Of a stretch of 14,892 bases of DNA, positions 8,115-14,892 are shown one piece after another. The translations under genes were made by a program, and so were the position numbers. Positions within the stretch are counted from its first letter, which is position 1. Each line of letters starts with the position of its first letter. This stretch comes from Elusimicrobiota bacterium (lineage in GTDB: Bacteria > Elusimicrobiota > Elusimicrobia > UBA1565 > UBA9628), in contig DAHVNA010000042.1 of the NCBI GenBank assembly GCA_027319565.1, positions 1 through 14,892 of the forward strand, given 5' to 3'. The notes beneath the pieces are model-generated. The model was given only the letters and a program-made list of their open reading frames with translations, searched no databases and was not told where the DNA came from.

Positions 8115-9425
8115 ATGAGGATTTTCGCTCTTCAAAAAGAGAAATGGAAAGAACTCTACCATAGGCTGGCCGCCCGCCTCAACTGGGGAAGCAATACCCG
8201 CTTATTTCTCGCGGGACTACTGACCTTAACCCCGTTTATGGCCCTCGCCCGTGTGATAGCGATGTCAACCCATATCCTGGCCGGAAGATGGATGGGGCCC
8301 GATCAATACGGCTTAGTGGGGCTCAGTATTGCCGCAAGCAGGATTTGGCTCCTCTTTATCTCCTTGGGTTTTTTTACCGTCGCCTATCGCATCGCGGCTC
8401 TACCACCGGAAAAGCGCCCCGCCGCCATTTCAACCATCGTCTTAAGTCTGGTCTTATGGATTGGAATTTCATTATCCGTTCTTCTCGCCTTTCACGCCCC
8501 TTTAGCCCGAATTTTTAAAGTCTCTCCCGCGGTTTATTTCTGGAGCGCCCTTTACGCCACCTCGCAAATTTCCTACGGCGTGGCCGGAAACCTCTTATTA
8601 GGGCTTCAGAAATTCAAGGCTCGGGGAATTATCGAACTTTGCTACGCGCTGTTGGTTTTATCCATCCTGGGCCTCTCCTTTTACCTGAAGGCCCATTTGG
8701 AGTTTACCGCGCTTTTGCGCGCGATGAGTTTTGGCTGCGCGCTTGGATTTTTTTTGTGTCTTTATACGCTCAAGGAATTTCTAAAGCCGGTTTTTTATTT
8801 TCCCGCGCTTAAAGACATACTCGCCTATACCGGGCCCTATCTCATGAGCTGGGGTTCGGCGGTCGGCGCGGAATCCTTGGTCTCTTTGATGGTTTCATGG
8901 AATTTAACCCCGCGGGATCTGGGATATTTCAGCGCTTATCAAACCGCGGTTTTTCGTCCGGTCTTAGTGGCCGCAACCATCGTCGGGGCGGTTTTGGGGC
9001 CTATTTCAAGCATTCCGGAAAGACAAGAGGGATCCTGGAAAAAATTCTTTCGCCTTGGGCCCGTCATTTTTCTTTTGGCTTTTGCGCTTTTTTTCCTAGC
9101 CGGAAGCGTCATGATCAATCTCATGGGACAAAAATACCCGTTCAAACTTTCTTGGATGGCCTTTTTTGCCGTCGCGGCCACCTTTCTTTTTCTCTGGACT
9201 TTTCCAGCAACCATACTTAATTCCCGGGATTCAAAAAGCGCCTGGAAGGCGAGTTTCTCCGCGGTCTTTGGCGCTTTTCTCTGTGCCTCCATTGGGTTTT
9301 GGGCCATTCCGAAATGGGGAATTATCGGCGCCGCGATCTCCTTGGGCTTTCTCTACGCCGGGTCCCTGGCCTGGAACTGCGCCTGCGGATATCTTCAACT
9401 AAGAGATACTGCAAAACATCCATGA
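8115..9425 (+). CDS. Wzx-like oligosaccharide flippase / polysaccharide biosynthesis membrane protein
   Basis: About 12 TM segments. ILAGRWMGPDQYG at the N-terminus and IPKWGIIGAAIS at the C-terminus are typical MOP-superfamily Wzx patterns. Confidence 0.82.
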   Translation: MRIFALQKEKWKELYHRLAARLNWGSNTRLFLAGLLTLTPFMALARVIAMSTHILAGRWMGPDQYGLVGLSIAASRIWLLFISLGFFTVAYRIAALPPEKRPAAISTIVLSLVLWIGISLSVLLAFHAPLARIFKVSPAVYFWSALYATSQISYGVAGNLLLGLQKFKARGIIELCYALLVLSILGLSFYLKAHLEFTALLRAMSFGCALGFFLCLYTLKEFLKPVFYFPALKDILAYTGPYLMSWGSAVGAESLVSLMVSWNLTPRDLGYFSAYQTAVFRPVLVAATIVGAVLGPISSIPERQEGSWKKFFRLGPVIFLLAFALFFLAGSVMINLMGQKYPFKLSWMAFFAVAATFLFLWTFPATILNSRDSKSAWKASFSAVFGAFLCASIGFWAIPKWGIIGAAISLGFLYAGSLAWNCACGYLQLRDTAKHP

Positions 9426-9608
9426 TCGCGGGAACTTTCTGAATCCCATCGATAGATGCAAGGGATATTCCATGCAATGCGGCATCTTCGCGCAAACAGC
9501 TTTGACGAGGGTTGTTTTCCCTGTTTGCCGGGGACCAAACAAAATGACGGAACGGCCGGACCTCAAGGAGGCTTCAATCTTAGGGGCTAGAATACGATTG
9601 AAAGTCAC
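9400..9608 (-). pseudogene. Truncated, frameshifted AAA+ ATPase (AAA_14/DUF4143-like) remnant
   Basis: MTFNRILAPKI...SVILFGPRQTGKTTL (Walker A). In another frame, 9453-9400 reads IDGIQKVPAIMDVLQYLL, a degenerate version of the family's Walker B 'IDEIQKVP'. The rest of the gene is missing. Confidence 0.8.
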
Positions 9609-9609
9609 G

Positions 9610-9663
9610 GTTTCAATTATACATAATAATTGAAACTAGATATTTCAATTTCGGATCCGAAAT
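9610..9663. promoter_or_regulatory. Operator-like inverted repeats overlapping a minus-strand -10 box
   Basis: GTTTCAATTAT-N5-ATAATTGAAAC (9610-9636), perfect palindrome ATTTCGGATCCGAAAT (9648-9663), and minus-strand TATAAT at 9621-9616, 7 nt before GTG 9608. Confidence 0.5.
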
Positions 9664-9801
9664 GCCACGTTTCTATACAAAATAGATTAAAAGACAGCCC
9701 TGTTTAAATCATATATTGGGCGCCAAAAGGAGCGACGAAGCGGCCGCGACCGGAAGCAACCTCAATTTCGCGCCGAATGATTTCAGGGTCAGACTCGCCG
9801 C

Positions 9802-10212
9802 TCATTTTTTAACAACAATGCCGAGTTCACGGCAGAACCGCCTCAAATCCGCCCCGCCCGACTCTATCACTTCACGCAAAATATCCAGATTTAAAGATTG
9901 ATATTCATGGACGGCGACATTTCTAAATCCCGTCATGGCTCTAAGCCGCTTGGCTAAATCCACGGAAATTTTTCCGGCGCGCGCCAAAAGATCGAAGCCT
10001 TCAGCCGAACTCTGTGGCACGCCCAGGCGCTCTTTAGCCGCCAGGCGCATCGCCATATCAATAGCGGCTTGGCAAGCCCTCTCAATATTTAAAACGATCG
10101 CGTCTTGATGGGTTTGATTGTGGAGGCGGCTTAATTTTCCGCCGTATTCCTCCTCCACGCGCTTGAGACAGCGCTCGATAATGGCCGCCTTGTTGAGGAG
10201 AACGTCATCCAT
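9802..10212 (-). CDS. hepT: HEPN-domain RNase toxin (DUF86, HepT family), type VII TA
   Basis: 136 aa from MDDVLLNKAAIIERCL. QDAIVLNIERACQAAIDMA and the RX4HXY catalytic motif (FRNVAVHEY) are present. The true start is ATG 10212, not 10449. Confidence 0.92.
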   Translation of the reverse strand: MDDVLLNKAAIIERCLKRVEEEYGGKLSRLHNQTHQDAIVLNIERACQAAIDMAMRLAAKERLGVPQSSAEGFDLLARAGKISVDLAKRLRAMTGFRNVAVHEYQSLNLDILREVIESGGADLRRFCRELGIVVKK

Positions 10213-10627
10213 GATGCGGAAAGTAGGCCTCAAGGATGGGCCGACGGTCCTCGCAGAAGCGAGCGTAATTGGATAAAACGCGCGTCTCAAACTCAAGCCG
10301 GGATTCTTCGTCGGATGAAAAAAGGACTGCCCCATCAGCGACCACTTCCTTGGCATGAACGAGAAATTTTTCCGCGTCCAAACTGGACGCCTCGACCGGA
10401 GAACCGGCGATTTTTGAAAGCTCCGCATTGAGTTTAAGCAGAACATCAAAATTCAATGAATGGCCGCGCGGCAAGAGAAGAGCCAAGTCCCAATCGCTGT
10501 CCTTGCGTTCAAGTCCCAGGGCGCGAGATCCGTAAAGATAAACGGCTAAAACGTCAGGAACGCTTCGACGGATATGCGCCAACATTTTTTTGGAGACGGC
10601 GCCGCTCCGGCCGCTGAGATTTCCCAT
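10205..10627 (-). CDS. mntA: Minimal nucleotidyltransferase antitoxin (MntA family), type VII TA
   Basis: GSX10DXD motif (YLYGSRALGLERKDSDWDLA). Overlaps hepT by 8 nt. Start is ATG 10627 or ATG 10585. Confidence 0.9.
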   Translation of the reverse strand: MGNLSGRSGAVSKKMLAHIRRSVPDVLAVYLYGSRALGLERKDSDWDLALLLPRGHSLNFDVLLKLNAELSKIAGSPVEASSLDAEKFLVHAKEVVADGAVLFSSDEESRLEFETRVLSNYARFCEDRRPILEAYFPHHG

Positions 10628-10637
10628 CCTAGACGAA

Positions 10638-10646
10638 ATTATACCA
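10638..10646 (-). promoter_or_regulatory. Extended -10 promoter of mntA-hepT
   Basis: Minus-strand TGGTATAAT (TGn-TATAAT), 10 nt upstream of ATG 10627. Confidence 0.55.
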
Positions 10647-10734
10647 AAATACCGACGAGTATTTTTCATTTGCTCGCTGAGGATTGGGAAGTTCTTCTCA
10701 AATTGGACATTTCAAAAAATGCCAAACTATACGC

Positions 10735-11796
10735 ATGGCTGCGGAAAAAAATGAGACAAAACCCCATTTGCCGCTCCCTCAAACCGCCCTTTTTGTCTGG
10801 TCAGGATTAGGGGACGCCCTGATGGCGTTCCCCTTGTTGCGGGGATTTCGGAACGCCCAAGGCGAGGTTTTTCTCATTGGGAAAGAAAGCGCGCGCCCAT
10901 TCTACGATTTTCTAAAAGAATGGGACATAATTTCGGGATACCGGGTTTATTCCCGTCGCTCGCCCCAGGGATTGTGGAACGATTTGACCAGCTGGAAAAA
11001 AGCTTTTTCAGGCTGGCCACAGGTTCTTCTTCCGCCGCGGTCTTCTCTCATGGCCGCCGGAAAAAATCAAATCATTCTTAACGCCCTTCGCTTGTCTTGG
11101 CCGCTGGCGTTTCCTATTCTCAAAACAGCCTTGGGAATTGGCGCTCTCTCTTTTATTGACGACGCCTTCGTCCCCGGCCTCTCATCCGGAGAAGCCAATC
11201 GCGCTCTCTCCTACTCCCAGTGCCTTGAAAGAAAATTCTCGCTGCCTTTTGAAAAAGATTTCCTCTTTTTCCCCCAAACAACCCTCTCCGCGGCGGAAAA
11301 AGCGGCGCGGCCGCTTCTTGACCAACTCGGACTTAAAAATTCGGCCTATCTCGTTCTCTATCCCGCCACTCAAGCCGGATTTCAAGAAGGAAAACGAAAT
11401 TTGCCGCATTCCTTAATCTCGAAAATTTTAGATTGGGCGGAGGCCCAAAATTTTTCAGTCGTCGCCGTCGGCTCTTCCGCTCACGTTAATTCCGCGCTCG
11501 CGCCTTTTCAAAGTCGGATGATCAATTTCAGCGGGGAAAAAAGTTTTTTAGAGTTAATCGGGATTTTTCGCCATAGCCGCCTTGCCTTCTGCGCCGATGG
11601 AGGTCTTTTGCATTTGGCTTTGGCGTCACGCTGTCCTGTCGTCTCTTTTTGGGGCCCCACCTCTCCCAACACCTTTTCCTACCCTCATCACCCCTATCAT
11701 CGCGCGCTCTATAAACCCTCGCGCACGCTTTCTCTCCCGGACGCTTTTGATTTTTCTCGAGAAGATATTTCAGGGGCGGTCCAAGAATGGATATAA
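10735..11796 (+). CDS. Glycosyltransferase family 9 (heptosyltransferase-like)
   Basis: SGLGDALMAFPLL and CADGGLLHLALASRCPVVSFWGPT motifs. The protein reads on the PLUS strand (TTG GGA AGT at 10684, TAA at 11794-11796) although the ORF track labels it minus. ATG 10735 is the preferred start. Confidence 0.85.
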   Translation: MAAEKNETKPHLPLPQTALFVWSGLGDALMAFPLLRGFRNAQGEVFLIGKESARPFYDFLKEWDIISGYRVYSRRSPQGLWNDLTSWKKAFSGWPQVLLPPRSSLMAAGKNQIILNALRLSWPLAFPILKTALGIGALSFIDDAFVPGLSSGEANRALSYSQCLERKFSLPFEKDFLFFPQTTLSAAEKAARPLLDQLGLKNSAYLVLYPATQAGFQEGKRNLPHSLISKILDWAEAQNFSVVAVGSSAHVNSALAPFQSRMINFSGEKSFLELIGIFRHSRLAFCADGGLLHLALASRCPVVSFWGPTSPNTFSYPHHPYHRALYKPSRTLSLPDAFDFSREDISGAVQEWI

Positions 11797-13043
11797 AAAA
11801 TTCCCCGCGAATCGGGAAAAACACCCGGGCGCTTTTAGGCGGGCTCTGGGCCTCGGGGCCTTTTTTTATCATCGCGCGCGCGGCGACCGCGGGAACTCAA
11901 ATACTTGCGGCGCGGCTTTTAGGCCCGCGAGAATTTGGCCTCACGATCATCATTTCGGCCTGGGCCGGAGTCTTGATTATTCCCGCGCAATTGGGTTTTC
12001 CCCAAGCCATCGTGAAATTTACCGCCATGGAAAAAAATCCGAACGCTCAAGCTCAAATCATTTCAAGCGCCTGGTGGCTGAGCCTGTCTTGGGCTCTTTT
12101 GGTCTTCGCTGTTTTATCTTTTGGACAAAGTTTTTTCAGCCATTCTCTCAGAATCTCCTCTTCCCTCTATTTTTGGATTTTAACCTATGCCTTTTTGGTT
12201 TTAATCTATACCTTGCTTGTCAACTCCCTGCAAGGCCTGTTCCGTTTTAAAGAAAGAGGCCTAACCGAGATGTTTTATGGATTATTGACGCTAACTTTTT
12301 TTTGTTTTTTTTATTTTTTGGGAGAAAAAAAATTCGCGTCTTTTATCGGGGCCATGGACGCGGGGCTCCTCGCCGCATCCATCATCTGTTTCTTCTTTTT
12401 AAGGTCGAAAATCAAGCTCACAATCAATCGAGATTACCTGAAACCGATTTTGTCCTATCTGACCGCTCCCGTTTTAGGCGCGGCCGCGGCGGCCGGGGTT
12501 CAATACGCATCCCCATTGATTCTAGCGGCTTATCTTCCGCCTCAAGACGTGGGGCTCTATGGAATTTACTTGGCTGGATCGGTGGGCGCGGCGCTGGCGA
12601 TTTCTTACATTCTCAGCGCGATTCTGGGGCCATTGGCCAGCGACCCGGAAAAGCAAAGCGGCGCGTGGAGGAAATTTCTATTTCTTTCCGCTCCGCTGAG
12701 CCTTGCCGCTTTTTTTGTCTTTGCAGCTGGAGAGTTCATCCTTTTGAAATTAGCCGGAAAGCGTTATCCGCTCAACGCCCCCTGGGTCGCTCTTTTTTCC
12801 GCCGCCGCAGTGTTTTGCGTTTTATCCAATATCGCCTCGACCTTGATCGCCTTTCAAAATGCCCGCGGACTCTGGCTGGGAAGCCTGGGCAGCGCCTTAA
12901 GCGGCATTCTATGCCTTATTGCCAACGCGCTCTTGATTCCGCATTGGAAAGTCAGCGGCGCGGTCGCGGCCTTGATCTTAAGTTATACCGCTTCCTTTTT
13001 CTGGTGCGTTTTTTGGCGCCAGCGCGATCCTATTCCCATATAA
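11787..13043 (+). CDS. Wzx-like oligosaccharide flippase / polysaccharide biosynthesis membrane protein
   Basis: About 12 TM segments, ILAARLLGPREFG and LIPHWKVSGAVAA. Overlaps the GT9 stop by 10 nt. Paralogous to 8115-9425. Confidence 0.82.
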   Translation: MDIKNSPRIGKNTRALLGGLWASGPFFIIARAATAGTQILAARLLGPREFGLTIIISAWAGVLIIPAQLGFPQAIVKFTAMEKNPNAQAQIISSAWWLSLSWALLVFAVLSFGQSFFSHSLRISSSLYFWILTYAFLVLIYTLLVNSLQGLFRFKERGLTEMFYGLLTLTFFCFFYFLGEKKFASFIGAMDAGLLAASIICFFFLRSKIKLTINRDYLKPILSYLTAPVLGAAAAAGVQYASPLILAAYLPPQDVGLYGIYLAGSVGAALAISYILSAILGPLASDPEKQSGAWRKFLFLSAPLSLAAFFVFAAGEFILLKLAGKRYPLNAPWVALFSAAAVFCVLSNIASTLIAFQNARGLWLGSLGSALSGILCLIANALLIPHWKVSGAVAALILSYTASFFWCVFWRQRDPIPI

Positions 13044-14144
13044 ACTCTCAAGCTGAGCGGTCCAAACCGCTTTGGAAAAATGATTTCGCGCCCTTTGGCG
13101 AGCGGCAAGCCCCATCCGCTCTCGCAAATTCCGATCCAATAAGAGAACCCGCGCTTTCTGACAAAGATCGGAAAAACCGGAAACCAAAAACCCCGTTTTT
13201 TCGTTTTCCACTACATCGTTATTGCCTGGAATATCCATCGCCACAACCGGTTTGCCCAAAGCCTGGGCTTCAAGAACGGTGAGCGGTAAACCCTCCCAAA
13301 GAGAGCTTTGAATCATGAAAGAAGAAACGAGAAGGCGGGAGATCACTTCCTCATGAGAACGCCACCCCAGCCACTCCACCGGAGCCGAAATTTGTTGCGC
13401 CAATCGCTTGAGCTCATCTTCCAATTCCCCGCCCCCAATCCACGCAAAACGCGCATTCGGAAATTCCGGGGCCAAGGCGGCCGCCAGGCGGACAAAAGCC
13501 TCGGGGTTTTTTTGCGGAGTCAGTCTTCCCACGGACAGAATTTCAAGCGCCCCGTCCCCCACTCCGGAATCATTCTTCATTTCCAAAAGCTCCGGCTGAA
13601 CGGGGTTATTCAAAAGCTGAACCGCTTTTCCCCAGGAAAGTTTCTTGGCGGCGAGAGCCTCGCTGGGAGAAACGGCGGCGATTTCCCCAATCCAAGATAC
13701 GCCCCACTCTAAAATCCAATAGAGAGAGCGCGTGAACAAAGAGACGTCTTGGCGCATAAAACCGTAGCCATGCGGAGAATAATAAACCCGAGGCGAGCGC
13801 GCCCAAAATGCGGCCAGGCGCCCAATAAAACCGGCTTTTGAAGAATGGCAATGGAGCACATCCGGTTTTTCCCGAAAAAGAATTCTCAACACCTCAAAAA
13901 ACGCTCTTCCGTCCGCCCAAGGCCTGATTTCGCGAACAAAATTTAAAACGCGGATTTTTTTGACAGACGCGGGAAACAGATTTTCATAGTCTTCCGCTCG
14001 CGACCCCGGGCGAACATTGTAAATCAAGATGATTTCAAATCGCTCCAAATCCAAACTTTGACAAATATCGGCGACCACCGCCCCGGCGCCGCCATTGCCG
14101 CCGCACTCAATGATTTCGCAAACGCGGATTTTCTTCTGATCCAT
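12978..14144 (-). CDS. Glycosyltransferase family 4 (GT-B, retaining)
   Basis: KPDVLHCHSSKAGFIGRLAA, YSPHG, VGRLTPQKNP and EX7E (EGLPLTVLEA) motifs. ATG 14144 (MDQKKIRV) is preferred because 14264 overlaps the upstream gene. Confidence 0.92.
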   Translation of the reverse strand: MDQKKIRVCEIIECGGNGGAGAVVADICQSLDLERFEIILIYNVRPGSRAEDYENLFPASVKKIRVLNFVREIRPWADGRAFFEVLRILFREKPDVLHCHSSKAGFIGRLAAFWARSPRVYYSPHGYGFMRQDVSLFTRSLYWILEWGVSWIGEIAAVSPSEALAAKKLSWGKAVQLLNNPVQPELLEMKNDSGVGDGALEILSVGRLTPQKNPEAFVRLAAALAPEFPNARFAWIGGGELEDELKRLAQQISAPVEWLGWRSHEEVISRLLVSSFMIQSSLWEGLPLTVLEAQALGKPVVAMDIPGNNDVVENEKTGFLVSGFSDLCQKARVLLLDRNLRERMGLAARQRARNHFSKAVWTAQLESLYGNRIALAPKNAPEKGSGIT

Positions 14145-14155
14145 GGTCGAGGATG

Positions 14156-14890
14156 TCACGACGCCCGCGCGACTCTCAAGCGCATCAAAAGCGTTTTGAG
14201 CGTTTCCAGAATATCCCGCCTGTCTCCATAGCGAAGGATTTGAATCAAAACTCCTAAACGCCACAAGCTCTTATGCGCCCAGAAAACAAGGGTCGCCGTC
14301 CAAGCGGGAGAACGCATTATTTTCTCATAAGAATTCATGAGACGCGGAAAAGAAAAAAGATTCTTTTCAATTTCAGATTTCCTCTCATCTGAGAAAACGC
14401 ATCCCCGGCGTCTTGCTTGATAAACCTGAAACAAGAAAAACCGCGCGGCGGAATTTTTCAAACGAGAAAAAGCCCGAAGAGATAAAGAGTTCCGGTAAAA
14501 AGCGGCTATCGCCAGAACGCGCGAGTGCATCAAAACCACGAACTCCTGATCTTTTTGCCATCCCAAAGCGTTGGCGGAAGTTCCCTCTCGTCTTAAAACA
14601 AGAGGCTGGGACAACGCCCAGGCGCGCGCGTTAGGAAGCGCCGCCAAAGACAAGCATTTTTCCACATGGAGATAGCCCTTCCCGATAAAATGCTCCGCGT
14701 CTTGGCTCCAAGCGCTCCTCTTAAAAATATGGGCGGACATAAAACAAATATCGGTTCCCACTAATGCGATCACGGAGCTGATATTCACGGGAATGGAAGG
14801 ACTTTGAAACCACGCGGAGCGAATTTGCCTGAGAGAAAGATCGTGTTCGCAATGGGAATAATTGACAAAAATATAATCTAAATCTTTCTC
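14156..14890 (-). CDS. C-terminal part of a probable family 2 glycosyltransferase (partial, start lies beyond the window)
   Basis: The frame stays open from 14788 to the window edge (EKDLDYIFVNYSHCEHDL...). DYIFVNY and FMSAHIFKRSAW resemble post-DxD segments of GT2 enzymes, and the context is a polysaccharide cluster. The catalytic N-terminus is not visible. Confidence 0.6.
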   Translation of the reverse strand, partial: EKDLDYIFVNYSHCEHDLSLRQIRSAWFQSPSIPVNISSVIALVGTDICFMSAHIFKRSAWSQDAEHFIGKGYLHVEKCLSLAALPNARAWALSQPLVLRREGTSANALGWQKDQEFVVLMHSRVLAIAAFYRNSLSLRAFSRLKNSAARFFLFQVYQARRRGCVFSDERKSEIEKNLFSFPRLMNSYEKIMRSPAWTATLVFWAHKSLWRLGVLIQILRYGDRRDILETLKTLLMRLRVARAS

Positions 14891-14892
14891 TA

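Noticed and set aside
9610..9636. CRISPR repeat (GTTTCAAT...ATTGAAAC ends)
   Set aside because: Single 27-bp unit with no repeat-spacer periodicity and no cas genes in the window.
10213..10449. 79-aa N-terminal extension of HepT in the ORF track
   Set aside because: It overlaps mntA in another frame, and the family-typical start MDDVLLNK is at 10212.
11361..11369. TCCCGCCAC matching the tmRNA 3' end (possible att site)
   Set aside because: Only 9 bp, inside the GT9 coding sequence, with no integrase next to ssrA; compatible with chance.
12302..13282. 326-aa plus-strand alternative-frame ORF
   Set aside because: Arg/Ser-rich with no motifs, and fully overlapping the well-supported flippase and GT4 genes.

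Overview
Bacterial chromosomal window of moderate GC; taxonomy cannot be fixed from the sequence alone. The left part is housekeeping and signalling. It has two minus-strand membrane-protein genes and a divergently transcribed tmRNA (ssrA, 1017-1371) with a near-consensus sigma70 promoter, followed by a tightly packed plus-strand run: two translationally coupled TM-GAF-like-GGDEF diguanylate cyclases, sppA, a Yip1-like membrane protein, a stand-alone NAD(P)H-hydrate epimerase, xseA and xseB. The right part is a surface-polysaccharide region with two paralogous Wzx-like flippases, a GT9, a GT4 and a partial GT2-like gene. It is interrupted by a ~1.25 kb minus-strand insert carrying an MNT-HEPN (MntA/HepT, type VII) toxin-antitoxin pair and a decayed, apparently scrambled AAA_14-type ATPase. 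The most notable observations are the asymmetric tandem cyclases (candidate heterodimer), the atypical tmRNA, an unannotated 27-aa ORF with a strong RBS abutting a flippase in frame, and repeated leaderless-type promoters. No CRISPR array, integrase or transposase was seen. The supplied ORF track gives the wrong strand for 10684..11796, which is on the plus strand.
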